Source of the DNA: a virus
Lineage: Duplodnaviria; Caudoviricetes
DNA length: 51,466 nt
IMG/VR virus record: IMGVR_UViG_3300033998_000199
Span: 1 to 51,466 of that record
Strand: one strand, 5' to 3'
Positions 18,858 to 28,079 of this stretch are shown here, one piece after another. Position numbers and translations under genes: made by a program. Positions within the stretch are counted from its first letter, which is position 1. The number at the start of each line of letters is the position of its first letter. The notes under the pieces are model-generated. The model saw nothing but the letters and a program-made list of their open reading frames with translations. It did not search any database and was not told the origin of the DNA.

Positions 18858-18971
18858 TTACGCCTCCTCTTTCTTTTTAGCACCCTCTACTTTCGTCTCA
18901 ATAGGGTGTCCTCCCAAATTCAGGACTTCGTAGTATTCGTAATAATCCGCGGGAATTGTATCAAACTTCAT
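18858..18971 (-). CDS. Hypothetical 37 aa protein (not in ORF track)
   Basis: GGAGG RBS; fills the gap between flanking genes. Confidence 0.45.
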   Translation of the reverse strand: MKFDTIPADYYEYYEVLNLGGHPIETKVEGAKKKEEA

Positions 18972-18974
18972 GTG

Positions 18975-19373
18975 CTACGCCTCCTCATCCTCCTTAAACA
19001 CAAACTCGTATTCCGGCCTTCTACGCCAACACAGGGAACTATCCAAACTACGTTCCCAATACTCGAGTATTTGCACAGGTATGGAGTTCATCACGTCTCC
19101 TGCCCCGCAGTTTTCATCTCCATGCCTAGGAGGATCACCATAAAAACACCAAGCAGGATCATGTGGTGTAGGCACACGAAAGGTACGTTCCACACTTACA
19201 GCCACCGTAAACTTTCGTCCACACTCTTGACACCGAACGATTAGCAAGGCCACTTTGTTAGCGTACACATCACACATGGAAGGGTGGAACGGTTCGTATC
19301 GTGGAACCCCATGCTCATCCCACCACAACGGTTCTCCCAAGCGAGAAGTAATGTCACTATAATCGGGCTTCAA
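18975..19373 (-). CDS. Hypothetical Cys/His-containing protein
   Basis: TTG start after GGAGG; CQEC and YGDPPRH. Confidence 0.65.
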   Translation of the reverse strand: MKPDYSDITSRLGEPLWWDEHGVPRYEPFHPSMCDVYANKVALLIVRCQECGRKFTVAVSVERTFRVPTPHDPAWCFYGDPPRHGDENCGAGDVMNSIPVQILEYWERSLDSSLCWRRRPEYEFVFKEDEEA

Positions 19374-19376
19374 CGG

Positions 19377-19733
19377 TTATGCCTCCTTCCGCCAAGTTTC
19401 CACTAATTGCTTTGCCCGTTCCCATGCCTTTGGCTGACGTTCTAAGTACTCTGGAGTCTTGCCTTGGGTACCCTTTATTTGCTTAAGCTCGACTAACTCG
19501 GTCAAAGCGGACGCCAACTCCGCCGTAATACGCTCTTGATACTCCAGCTTTTTCAGCAGCTTATTAATTATCCGCCACGCTTTATTGAGATGTCTACGCC
19601 CAAGCGATGTAATAAACTTCCATGCTTCGATCAAATCAATACTGGCTTCTTGTATTTGCTCTTCAAGAGTCATTTCCAATTCCGCTTCAATTGCAAACCC
19701 TCGCAGCAAGCACTCGTCTTCATCGGTAATCAC
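19377..19733 (-). CDS. Hypothetical protein (start uncertain; frame is open further upstream)
   Basis: AAAGGAGG upstream of GTG at 19733. Confidence 0.5.
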   Translation of the reverse strand: MITDEDECLLRGFAIEAELEMTLEEQIQEASIDLIEAWKFITSLGRRHLNKAWRIINKLLKKLEYQERITAELASALTELVELKQIKGTQGKTPEYLERQPKAWERAKQLVETWRKEA

Positions 19734-19879
19734 ACACTTCGCCTCCTTTTTGTTTCCTTGGTATGTATTGGGTGGCCGAGGCGGAGGCCAAGGAGGAACC
19801 TGTTTTGCCACCAACCTTCCGCCTTTCCATACCGTCTGGCTGTAGTGGCCGTAGGCCAGCGGTACCACCTCGGAGAAGG

Positions 19880-20305
19880 TTAGAAGGTAATGCGCTTCTT
19901 GACCTGCTCGGGCTCAAGAGGCATTACGGCATCGACACGGTTACGCACAGTGTCCTGGTACGCCTCTTGGCGCACCTTGATCTTGCATGGCTTGTTGTGG
20001 ATTTCTGTGGTGTCGAAGGTGAATTTGAGCGCGTCGGTCGGCAGGACTCCAAGCGCCTTTAGCACCTTTCCAAGCTTCCACATCGCTTTTGGTGTAAGAG
20101 CGTAGTTTTCAAACACTTTCCGACCGGTGAACTCAGGATGGTTCTCGATAACGAAGCACAGTGTCAGGTAATCGTTTCCGTTCTGGCTCCTCTTGACTTC
20201 TGCTTGGCTGGCGTCCACCCGGGCCTGATAAACACCAGCCGGAATAGGCTCAAACTCCTTGTCTTCGAGGTCTACCCCTGTGAAATCAAGCAACAGACGC
20301 GGCAT
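19880..20305 (-). CDS. Phage single-stranded DNA-binding protein (DUF669-like)
   Basis: FEPIPAGVY..SQNGNDYL..GRKVF..AMWKL; follows the AAA_24 gene. Confidence 0.75.
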   Translation of the reverse strand: MPRLLLDFTGVDLEDKEFEPIPAGVYQARVDASQAEVKRSQNGNDYLTLCFVIENHPEFTGRKVFENYALTPKAMWKLGKVLKALGVLPTDALKFTFDTTEIHNKPCKIKVRQEAYQDTVRNRVDAVMPLEPEQVKKRITF

Positions 20306-21050
20306 TTGCTTTTACCTCCTCTTGATTTTGGTTTTCAATAGCCTTAAAGATTTGCAATAGGTTCGGTTTCTCGACAACTGGCGGAAGACTGCCACCGGGG
20401 TTCTTAGCAGCGTAAACGTCCGTTGGTTGCACCAGGAGCTTGCGGACGTAAGCGCCGTCAACTTCCTGTACGCCAAGGTAGCCTACCAAGTTGCAGTACG
20501 CCGGTAGCTCCTCAGCTAAGGACTTCGGCTGGACAAGCGGCACACGCCGCATCTCATTCCTAATGTCCATCACCAAGGCGGTAAACACCACATGCATCGG
20601 CAGGTCGCGGAACATCCGCACAATGTTGCGAAGTCGCTCCTGTACTCGATACCAGTCGCCCTGCTCTGGTACATCCGGGTCGTGAGACGGCCTACGCTCT
20701 ATCGCCGCACTGAGAGTCATACGCATGATGCGGCGATACAAGTCGGTCAGGCTGTCAAGCACTAGCGTTTGGTAGTCGTGCTGTCCAGAGGCGAGATACT
20801 CATAAGCGTTCTCCAGGTCAGCCCACTCTTCGATTTCCCACACGTCTGGGTCGATTCCCAAGTCGCGCTTGACCGCCAACATGGTCGCATCCGACACCGC
20901 TGGTTCGGTCAAGAGCACCAACGGCTTCGGCGCCGTGCAGGCCAAGTAAGTCTTCCCTGCTCCCGGCTCCCCGTAAATGAGGGCCTTCACGTAGACCTTT
21001 CTGGTGGATACCTTTTTAATTTTCGGCGGCTTCAACACAGTCTTGGTCAC
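20286..21050 (-). CDS. AAA_24 / Sak4-like ATPase (recombination)
   Basis: IYGEPGAGKT Walker A; LVLDSLT Walker B; AKN motif. Confidence 0.85.
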   Translation of the reverse strand: MTKTVLKPPKIKKVSTRKVYVKALIYGEPGAGKTYLACTAPKPLVLLTEPAVSDATMLAVKRDLGIDPDVWEIEEWADLENAYEYLASGQHDYQTLVLDSLTDLYRRIMRMTLSAAIERRPSHDPDVPEQGDWYRVQERLRNIVRMFRDLPMHVVFTALVMDIRNEMRRVPLVQPKSLAEELPAYCNLVGYLGVQEVDGAYVRKLLVQPTDVYAAKNPGGSLPPVVEKPNLLQIFKAIENQNQEEVKANAASVA

Positions 21051-21929
21051 TTAAGCAACCTCCTTTTCCTCTTCCTTCTTGATGTAGAAGGTGTTGACTA
21101 AGTCTTTGACATCACTACCGTCCTCCTCAGCAATACAAAGCTGCCTATATGAGCACCGCCACCCGCAGTGATGGCCAGGGGTAGGTGGGAACTCCTTGTC
21201 TCCGGCAATGCGCTTATACATTACGTACAAGCGCTTCCGAAGCACTTGAAGCTCGTGTTCGTTACGCATTACCCAGTAGCGGTAGACCGTTTCTCCCCTG
21301 GCCCTGTCAGGATCAACTTTCTTGAGAATCGTGTAGATGATCCCAACTACACGATCATTTGGGAAAAGCTGCTCGGCAGCTACCAGGTAGAAACCTGCCT
21401 GCGCGTCCAAGCGAAGCTCAGATTCGCTCGGCACCTGCGAATACGTCTTAAACTCTTTGAGCCAGATGCTACCGTAGATGTCCCGTACGATGCCGTCAAA
21501 CCGCCCGACGTGTCTTACTCTTGGCACCTTCCGGCCAGAGGGTGTCCAAATAGGCACCTCGAACGGCTGCTCCATCGAAACGACCTCAAAACCGTCGTTT
21601 GCTCGCGCCCACTCGAAGTAGTGAGCCAACATCTTCTTCCCAAGCTCAAAGTCCTTTTGGAACTCTTCTACCTGCTCTGGGGTCATGTCCGGCGAAATCT
21701 TTGCCGTCTCTTCTTCCATCCACTTGGTGTAAGCGTCTAAACCAACTTCTGGACGCCGCGAAGGATCGGTATAGTACGCTTCCAAGCCTTTGTGGACGCC
21801 GGAGCCGAGAAACGGCTTGTGATCGGGAACATTTGGCACAAGCTTGTCGACATACTGGTAGCGGTACATGCGTGGGCAGACGTTGTAGGTGACTATTTCC
21901 GAAGCGTGTAGCTCACGCATTTTTGTCAT
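21051..21929 (-). CDS. PD-(D/E)XK (RecB/Cas4-like) exonuclease
   Basis: CPR..Y, GSGVH, GRFDG..EFKT, QAGFY, C-terminal HCGWRCSYRQLC. Confidence 0.85.
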   Translation of the reverse strand: MTKMRELHASEIVTYNVCPRMYRYQYVDKLVPNVPDHKPFLGSGVHKGLEAYYTDPSRRPEVGLDAYTKWMEEETAKISPDMTPEQVEEFQKDFELGKKMLAHYFEWARANDGFEVVSMEQPFEVPIWTPSGRKVPRVRHVGRFDGIVRDIYGSIWLKEFKTYSQVPSESELRLDAQAGFYLVAAEQLFPNDRVVGIIYTILKKVDPDRARGETVYRYWVMRNEHELQVLRKRLYVMYKRIAGDKEFPPTPGHHCGWRCSYRQLCIAEEDGSDVKDLVNTFYIKKEEEKEVA

Positions 21930-22155
21930 AGCGCTGCACCTCTTCCGCAGCAGGTTCTAGAGCAATAAAGGCGTTGCGAAGGAGCACCATTGCGGCGGTG
22001 CAAAGGAACTGAGGATCACCAGCGCAGTCTCCCACGACGTTGCCTTTCACGTCCTGAGCAATGAGGATAAACTGCGCTATGTCCCGGAACCTGTGGTCAT
22101 GGCCTTTGTCCACAAACAAGCTCAACTGGGACGGCTCAATTGTGATCTCGTACAT
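21913..22155 (-). CDS. Hypothetical protein
   Basis: AAAGGAGG RBS; coupled within the operon. Confidence 0.6.
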   Translation of the reverse strand: MYEITIEPSQLSLFVDKGHDHRFRDIAQFILIAQDVKGNVVGDCAGDPQFLCTAAMVLLRNAFIALEPAAEEVQRYDKNA

Positions 22156-23746
22156 ACTCTTCCTCCTTTCTCAGTCTCCGCACAATCAACTCAAACGCCT
22201 CATTGGTTTGTAACTTCCTTTCAAGCACCACCTCCGTGTACTCGTCCACCGTATCCGGCACCACCAAGCTGATCACATGCACCGGCTTATCCTGGCCCCT
22301 GCGGTGAGCACGTCCAACTGCCTGCACCAAATTGTTTGACGGCACCCAGTCCTTATTCGCGAAAATAACAATGTCTGCCGCCTGGAGATTCAGGCCCTCA
22401 CCCATCGCGCCTATGGTGCCTACAAGCACCCGGCACTTTGGGTCTGTTTGGAACGTGTCTACGGCTTTCAAGCGCTCCGCCTGAGAAGCCTGCCCTGTGA
22501 TACAAACTCCACCAAACGCCCGCAGTCTCGGTTCCAGTAACCTCGCGTACTCAGCAAAGGTAGTGAAAACGAGCACCTTGTGCTGCGCCGTAAGGTCTTC
22601 GAGTAGCTCAAGCAACGTCTCGGTCTTTCCACTTTCGTCCCTCCCTCCGATTAAAGCTGGTGAGCAAAGTACCTGCCGTAAACGGGTCAATTGTGCCAAG
22701 ACTGTCGGGGCCACAACGTAACTGTCGCCAACCTCTGCTAGGAACGAAGATTTGAGTTGCTTGTAAATCCGTGCCTGCTCCTGAGTAAGCGAGACATAGA
22801 CAGTCTCATAGCTCACGGGTGGCAAGTTCAGGACTTCTTTTGTGCGTCTGAGCATTATGGGTGCTATTTCCTTTTGGAACAGGTGCTCGTTCTTTATTCC
22901 CGGCAGGAAACTCCGACCGCCGAAGAAGTTCGGTTCCGTGTAGCAATACTGCTCCACAAACCGCCAAAAGGACGTGTACTTCTCCGGCCTCACGATGTGA
23001 AGTAACGACCACAACTCCCACACACCATTAGGTGTCGGTGTAGCAGTAACAGGCCATACATAAGGGACTTTCTGTGCCAGCTTGAAAACTGCCTTGGTGC
23101 GCTCCGCCTGCCTGTTCTTGACATAGGCAGCCTCGTCCAGGATAAGAACGTCCCAAGGTTGTCGGAGCAGTTCTCCTAGGCGGCGCACCACCGTTTCGTA
23201 GTTAGTCACTACCCAATGCCGTTGCGGAAGCTCCTTGCTCTTGGTAGTCAACACAAAGGAGTTTGCTGCAGCCCACCGCAAAATTTCTCGTTGTGCATTG
23301 TAAACGAGAGTTTTGCGCGTTACCACCAAAACGCGCTCGGCGTTTACTTCCATAGCAGCGCGAATAACCTGTGCTGTTTTTCCCAACCCAACATCATCTG
23401 CGAGGATGGCACGTTTGGCATCTGCTAGAAAGCGCACGCCAACGCGCTGGTATGGTTCTAAGCAGTCAGGGTAAGCTATTACTGCGTCCTTGGCCCTGTG
23501 CAAGCTCACCAAACGCTTTCGCGCTTCGGCCTCCCTCTCAGCCCACCGTAGGGCCTCCATATCCCAGAACAAGGTCAGTGAGGACTCAAGCCGATCTAGA
23601 TCAGCGTCCAGCGGCAGGTGCCACGTCTTCGTGGCTGGGTGCCACCTAGCACCAACGGCGTGCAGAGCCGTGCGTTCGTCGTAAGATGCCTTGACAGCAT
23701 AGCCCACAGGCATACCTTTCTCCTTACGCAGAGCTATCGTTGCCAA
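22136..23746 (-). CDS. SNF2-like SF2 helicase/ATPase
   Basis: LADDVGLGKT, LDEAAYVKN, TATP, GEGLNLQAA, QAVGRAHRRGQ. Confidence 0.9.
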   Translation of the reverse strand: MATIALRKEKGMPVGYAVKASYDERTALHAVGARWHPATKTWHLPLDADLDRLESSLTLFWDMEALRWAEREAEARKRLVSLHRAKDAVIAYPDCLEPYQRVGVRFLADAKRAILADDVGLGKTAQVIRAAMEVNAERVLVVTRKTLVYNAQREILRWAAANSFVLTTKSKELPQRHWVVTNYETVVRRLGELLRQPWDVLILDEAAYVKNRQAERTKAVFKLAQKVPYVWPVTATPTPNGVWELWSLLHIVRPEKYTSFWRFVEQYCYTEPNFFGGRSFLPGIKNEHLFQKEIAPIMLRRTKEVLNLPPVSYETVYVSLTQEQARIYKQLKSSFLAEVGDSYVVAPTVLAQLTRLRQVLCSPALIGGRDESGKTETLLELLEDLTAQHKVLVFTTFAEYARLLEPRLRAFGGVCITGQASQAERLKAVDTFQTDPKCRVLVGTIGAMGEGLNLQAADIVIFANKDWVPSNNLVQAVGRAHRRGQDKPVHVISLVVPDTVDEYTEVVLERKLQTNEAFELIVRRLRKEEEYVRDHN

Positions 23747-23762
23747 TTTTTTCTACCACCCC

Positions 23763-23791
23763 TAGACAACAAAGCTACCGTGTGCTATAAT
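23763..23791 (+). promoter_or_regulatory. sigmaA promoter antisense to cro, pointing at cI-int (PRE-like position)
   Basis: TAGACA-17 bp-TATAAT with extended TG; GTGTG-N8-CACAC inverted repeat over the -10. Confidence 0.7.
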
Positions 23792-23811
23792 ACACACAGT
23801 GCAAACACAAA

Positions 23812-23994
23812 TTACGCAAACAACTCGTCTATAGTCACGCCAAGCACAGCAGCAATTTTTCTAGCAGTTGCTATGGTTGGGGTGCGCTTGCCGTGTTCGA
23901 TGAGGTACCAAGCATTGAGCGTGATACCTGCCGCCCTGGCCGCCTCCTCTTGGGTCAGGCCCTTGGCCCGGCGGTATTGCGCTATTCTGTTCAT
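23812..23994 (-). CDS. Cro-like XRE HTH regulator
   Basis: RRAKGLTQEEAARAAGIT...IEHGKRTPT; divergent from cI. Confidence 0.88.
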   Translation of the reverse strand: MNRIAQYRRAKGLTQEEAARAAGITLNAWYLIEHGKRTPTIATARKIAAVLGVTIDELFA

Positions 23995-24037
23995 CAACCA
24001 CCACCTCTTTTCCACCAATCTGTTTTCGTCTGCCTGT

Positions 24038-24066
24038 ATTATAGCATACTGTTAGTAAACAGTCAA
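24038..24066 (-). promoter_or_regulatory. Lytic promoter for the cro/replication operon
   Basis: TTGACT-17 bp-TATAAT with extended TG on the minus strand. Confidence 0.8.
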
Positions 24067-24086
24067 TACACTAGGAGGGATTTTGT

Positions 24087-24911
24087 ATGGTAGGAGCTTC
24101 GCGTGAAGCTAGAGAAACGTTGGCTAGGACATTACGGAACTTGCGGACGGGACACAACGTAACCAGAAGGGAACTAGCACGAGCAATCGGAGTGGCGGAA
24201 AACACAATCTACCTCTACGAGACCATGAAGCGATACCCTGAACCGCACATCTTGGAGAAACTTGCTGCATACTTTGGAGTACCTATCTCAGAACTAACCA
24301 GACCAGAAGTTCCGACAGGGGAACTGCGTTCCGATCTCGAGGAAGTTAAAAAACAACTGACTGACTTACAAAAGCGGGTAGTCGAGAGTACTATACCGCG
24401 TGAAGAAGATTTGAAAGAAATGCAACGTTTGGCAAGGCGTGCCGCCTATTTAGAAAGCACCCTCAAGGAAATCACGAACTCCTTTTTGCCTACAAAGTTA
24501 GTTCCAATCCTAAGCAAAGTCCCTGCTGGGCTGCCCATCTACGTCGGCGATCCAGACGTAGAAGACTGGCAACCAGTCCTAAAAGACAGTGATGTCGACT
24601 ATGGGTTAGTCGTAATCGGAGACAGCCTCACCGATGTGGACATCCACGCTGGAGACATCATCCTTGTCCACAAAACCCCCACAGCTAGCGTAGGGGACTT
24701 GGTGGTCTTCCGCGTGGGTGATGGGTACACGGTTAAGTACCTCGCCCAGAAGGACGGCAAATATGTTCTCCGCGCAGCCAATCCGAATTACCAGGACATA
24801 GTAGTCGACAACGAAGAGTTCGCAATAGAAGGCGTTGTTCGCAATATCCTCAAAGCAGTGCCACGTATGCCGCGCGGTGATAGCAATGGCACGAACGAAG
24901 AAACGTGCTAA
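24087..24911 (+). CDS. CI/LexA-like repressor (HTH plus S24 autopeptidase)
   Basis: XRE HTH; VPAG cleavage site, GDSL Ser, TVK Lys. Confidence 0.92.
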   Translation: MVGASREARETLARTLRNLRTGHNVTRRELARAIGVAENTIYLYETMKRYPEPHILEKLAAYFGVPISELTRPEVPTGELRSDLEEVKKQLTDLQKRVVESTIPREEDLKEMQRLARRAAYLESTLKEITNSFLPTKLVPILSKVPAGLPIYVGDPDVEDWQPVLKDSDVDYGLVVIGDSLTDVDIHAGDIILVHKTPTASVGDLVVFRVGDGYTVKYLAQKDGKYVLRAANPNYQDIVVDNEEFAIEGVVRNILKAVPRMPRGDSNGTNEETC

Positions 24912-26067
24912 CGGCGAAGGCACAGTCTACCAGCGTGCCGACGGCCTGTGGGTCGCCCAAATGGTAGTCCGATCCACAGGCAAACGTCGGAGCTTCTACG
25001 GCAGGACGCAAAAGGATGTCCTACAAAAGCTCAAAGCTGCCCAAGCAGAAGAAACCAGCGGGACGTACATTGAGCCAAGTAAAATAACAGTCGCGGAGTG
25101 GTTAGACACTTGGCTAAAGACCTACAAGAAGCATGACCTCCGCCAGACAACTTGGGATTGTTACGAAATGCTCGTGCGGCGGTACATCGTCCCGGCTATT
25201 GGTAGCGTGCGCTTGCAACAATTGCAACCGCAAATGCTGCAACAGCTATACAACGACGTTTTGGCTAAAGGTAAGTCGAGACGCACGGCAGCTTTAATCC
25301 ACACGGTCATACACGCTGCTTTGGATCAAGCAGTACAAAACCAGGTAGTACAACGCAATGCTGCCGAAGCTGCCCACCCACCCCGCCAGGAAAAGCAGGA
25401 GAGGCGCTGCCTATCATCGGAAGAAACGATGCGGCTTATCGAAGCCGCCAAAGGCGAACGCCTCTACGCTGCTATAGTCCTAGCCCTAAGTACGGGCCTG
25501 CGGCGTGGTGAACTTCTCGCGCTGAAATGGGAAGACGTTGATTTTGAGAACAAGCTTCTATATGTCCGGCGCAACCTGGTGACTATACGCAACCAGGAAG
25601 GTCGGACAAAAACAAGGAACGTGGAGCAATCGCCTAAGACGAAAACAAGCAACCGCATTTTGCCGTTGTCCGATGAGCTCATAGACCTGCTTAAAGAACA
25701 CCAACGAAAACAGGAAGAGGACAAAACCACTTTTGGCGAGGGCTACCAGGACAACGGCTTCGTGTTTTGTACTACCAAGGGAACGCCGATAAGCCCACGT
25801 AATTTCTCCCGGTTCGTTGCGCGGATAGCAGAAAAGGCGGGCCTCAAAGGTGTCAGCCCGCACACGCTGAGACACACCTTCGCGACCCGCCTAGCTGAAT
25901 TAGGCGTGTACCCAACAGTTGTCCAGAAGTTGTTGGGCCACGCTACAGTGGATGTCTCGATGGAAGTCTACTCCCACGTCTTCCCGGACGTGGAACGTGA
26001 TGCAATCGAAAACCTGTCGTTGCATTACGGTTGCATTACTGGGCATAAGGAAAGCCCTCCAGAATGA
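24886..26067 (+). CDS. int: Tyrosine integrase
   Basis: RANGEGTV N-terminus; GLRRGE, KT, HTLRH, LGH and VY catalytic motifs. Confidence 0.95.
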   Translation: MARTKKRANGEGTVYQRADGLWVAQMVVRSTGKRRSFYGRTQKDVLQKLKAAQAEETSGTYIEPSKITVAEWLDTWLKTYKKHDLRQTTWDCYEMLVRRYIVPAIGSVRLQQLQPQMLQQLYNDVLAKGKSRRTAALIHTVIHAALDQAVQNQVVQRNAAEAAHPPRQEKQERRCLSSEETMRLIEAAKGERLYAAIVLALSTGLRRGELLALKWEDVDFENKLLYVRRNLVTIRNQEGRTKTRNVEQSPKTKTSNRILPLSDELIDLLKEHQRKQEEDKTTFGEGYQDNGFVFCTTKGTPISPRNFSRFVARIAEKAGLKGVSPHTLRHTFATRLAELGVYPTVVQKLLGHATVDVSMEVYSHVFPDVERDAIENLSLHYGCITGHKESPPE

Positions 26068-26079
26068 TCTGGAGGGCTT
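26052..26079. terminator. Hairpin at the int 3' end; lies downstream of the restored tRNA after integration
   Basis: AAGCCCTCCAGA-ATGA-TCTGGAGGGCTT perfect 12 bp stem. Confidence 0.7.
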
Positions 26080-26087
26080 GATATTCC

Positions 26088-26133
26088 TGGAGCCGACGAT
26101 GGGACTCGAACCCGCAACCTGCTGATTACAAAT
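26088..26133 (-). other. attP core: 3' half of tRNA-Thr(TGT)
   Basis: Minus strand ATTTGTAATCAGCAGGTTGCGGGTTCGAGTCCCATCGTCGGCTCCA: anticodon loop, T arm, acceptor 3' strand and CCA; no 5' half present. Confidence 0.9.
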
Positions 26134-26241
26134 TATGAGGCGTTATATAGCGCCACGTTCACAAACACCTGCAAAAGCCTCGGTACTTCTACGCTTTCTC
26201 GGGTGTTAGGAACTGTTTTATAGCACCTGTTACACGGTCCT

Positions 26242-26421
26242 TTACGGCCTTGTTGCATTACTGGTTGCATCATCTTCCATACCGGGAATTTTATTTTCGG
26301 GAATCCTGATAAACCTTCCCAAACGAACAGCCGAAAGCTGTCCATTATTCACCAGCTTGTAAACGTGAGAAGGAGTAAGTTTTAGCATCTCAGCTACCTC
26401 TGCCACGGTGTAGTATTTCAT
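26242..26421 (-). CDS. xis: Excisionase-like HTH_17 protein, 59 aa (not in ORF track)
   Basis: MKYYTVAEVAEMLKLTPSHVYKLVNNGQLSAVRLGRFIRIP; adjacent to attP. Confidence 0.8.
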   Translation of the reverse strand: MKYYTVAEVAEMLKLTPSHVYKLVNNGQLSAVRLGRFIRIPENKIPGMEDDATSNATRP

Positions 26422-26726
26422 CTGGCATCCCCTTTCAGGATACCCAGCCCAAGCAGGGCGTACAGTATAATATCCCGCAGGCGGCTTTCAGCTTCAGGAT
26501 CATAGATGTTGTTCCTCTCAAGGGCTATTATATGCTTATCAGCAAGAACAAGCAAGACTTGAAATAGGTCGGCTTTTTCTGTACCATTAAATATTCGCCT
26601 TGCACTCTCTCTAAAATTGTAGAATACATCTTCATCTGCCCCGTAGGAGTTGTTCTTACTCTCAAACAACCTAACCAATCTCTCAAACTCTTCGCGCATG
26701 AACGAAGCAAACTCGGCGCGAGTCAT
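26418..26726 (-). CDS. All-alpha NTP-pyrophosphatase-like protein (DUF1599/Nmad1-like)
   Basis: KNNSYG..D.FYNF..DKH..E.RLRDIILY pattern; GGAGG RBS before ATG 26726. Confidence 0.6.
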   Translation of the reverse strand: MTRAEFASFMREEFERLVRLFESKNNSYGADEDVFYNFRESARRIFNGTEKADLFQVLLVLADKHIIALERNNIYDPEAESRLRDIILYALLGLGILKGDAR

Positions 26727-26877
26727 ACTACAATCACCCCTCCAGCTTTTTGCGCTCGAAGAACGGCAGACAACTCTCCTCCCATGCATCCCGCACAACG
26801 CCCACGGCAGTACAAAGCCGCAGGCGATCATTGTACCACTTGCAATCAGCGCATTTTCCCCAATCTTTGGGCATCGG

Positions 26878-27084
26878 TCAGCAAGCCTCCCTTCTAAAAA
26901 CATAGCCGATGACATCCTCTGCCACGGCAACACGCGCAAACGTATACTTCTCTAAACACTCTCTGCTACTGTGAATCACCTCGCCGTTGGGGAAGAAATA
27001 TACTTCCTCCCCCTGGTAAATTTCCAATCCGCAAGCCGGACAATAAGCCAATGGCTCGTCATGATAACGCCGTATTCTGATCAC
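26878..27084 (-). CDS. Small Zn-binding hypothetical protein
   Basis: CPAC..H..C pattern. Confidence 0.6.
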   Translation of the reverse strand: MIRIRRYHDEPLAYCPACGLEIYQGEEVYFFPNGEVIHSSRECLEKYTFARVAVAEDVIGYVFRREAC

Positions 27085-27383
27085 GCGCTTTTGGCCTCCT
27101 CCAAGTAAGGCGCAGCCTCTGCCTCAGTAGCTAAAGCATCAAAAATAACGCCGTCAACGACCTTCCGGAATCGGTAAGGGAAATAATACGGACAATCTCT
27201 AATAGGCTCCGTAAGAATTTCCCAAGAGCCAGGCAGGTGTTTTAACCTGCTCGGGCTACTCACAAGCACTTTAATACGTGGAGGCGAAAACAGACTATAA
27301 TCTACACTCACCAAAAGCACGCCGATTTCAGAAAACTTGTCGAGCACTCCTTTTAAGTTTTGGACAAGCTCCTTCACTTCCAT
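27081..27383 (-). CDS. Hypothetical protein
   Basis: AGGAGG RBS; operon context. Confidence 0.6.
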   Translation of the reverse strand: MEVKELVQNLKGVLDKFSEIGVLLVSVDYSLFSPPRIKVLVSSPSRLKHLPGSWEILTEPIRDCPYYFPYRFRKVVDGVIFDALATEAEAAPYLEEAKSA

Positions 27384-27384
27384 G

Positions 27385-27540
27385 CTACTTCCTCCTTCTT
27401 AGCTCCTTTGCTAAAGTCAAAACCGCACACTCTCCGGACAGAGAATCCCACCACGCACACTCTTCCTCCCAGCACCGCCCACAACCCTTACTGGAAATCC
27501 AGTTAACCAAAGTGAATGGACACACTTTTCGTTGTTCCAT
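27385..27540 (-). CDS. Cys-rich 51 aa protein (not in ORF track)
   Basis: MEQRKVCPF...CWEEECAWWD...CAV. Confidence 0.55.
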   Translation of the reverse strand: MEQRKVCPFTLVNWISSKGCGRCWEEECAWWDSLSGECAVLTLAKELRRRK

Positions 27541-27543
27541 TTC

Positions 27544-27687
27544 TCACATTCCCCCTATCGCTTTCACTTGGTGAAATACCCAAACCGCCATAACCAAAAA
27601 CAGCCCGGCGCTTAACACACCGAGCCACAAGCCTACCCAACGGTCGTACTTGTCAGAAATGATTATCTCTACTAGGCGATCAAGCAA
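27544..27687 (-). CDS. 47 aa membrane protein (not in ORF track)
   Basis: AAGGAGG RBS, TTG start; hydrophobic WVGLWLGVLSAGLFLVMAVWVF. Confidence 0.55.
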   Translation of the reverse strand: MLDRLVEIIISDKYDRWVGLWLGVLSAGLFLVMAVWVFHQVKAIGGM

Positions 27688-27736
27688 ACAGCCACCCTCC
27701 TTAAACTAAACGGCCCGGATCGCTCCGGGCCTCGCT

Positions 27737-28051
27737 CTACTTCCCACACCTTGGACAACGTGGAATTTCCCCACTATCAAGCACCTTTTCTGCTTCAATC
27801 GCCTCCTCCTCTGTCAAGTGGTATCCACACACAAGACACCACATTTCGCCTTCCCTACCATACAAGGAAGGAAGGCTATCCGTAAACCAGACATCATAAC
27901 CTTCCTCATACGGCCCTCTGGGAGTAATGTAGTCATCGCTGTCCAAATGCCCACAGGAAGTAGCTGCAACATCCTCCAAGTCAATCTCTTGTTTACAGAA
28001 TGGACAAACAACAACCGTTTGATCTTTGCCAATACGCACACGAACCTTCAT
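27737..28051 (-). CDS. Zn-ribbon hypothetical protein
   Basis: Start MKVRVRIG after GGAGG; CPFC, CLVC and CPRC. Confidence 0.6.
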   Translation of the reverse strand: MKVRVRIGKDQTVVVCPFCKQEIDLEDVAATSCGHLDSDDYITPRGPYEEGYDVWFTDSLPSLYGREGEMWCLVCGYHLTEEEAIEAEKVLDSGEIPRCPRCGK

Positions 28052-28079
28052 TTTCCCTCCTCCTTCGTGTATGGTGTTG

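Larger units (their letters stand above)
26019..26273. repeat. Putative integrase arm-binding repeats GTTGCAT(T/C)A
   Basis: Paired direct repeats at 26019 and 26030, and at 26252 and 26264, flanking the tRNA-derived core. Confidence 0.7.

Noticed and set aside
21051-21929. Cas4 as part of a CRISPR system
   Set aside because: It sits in the standard nuclease / AAA_24 / SSB recombination trio with no cas genes
26088-26133. Functional tRNA-Thr gene
   Set aside because: Only the 3' half is present; it is the attP core
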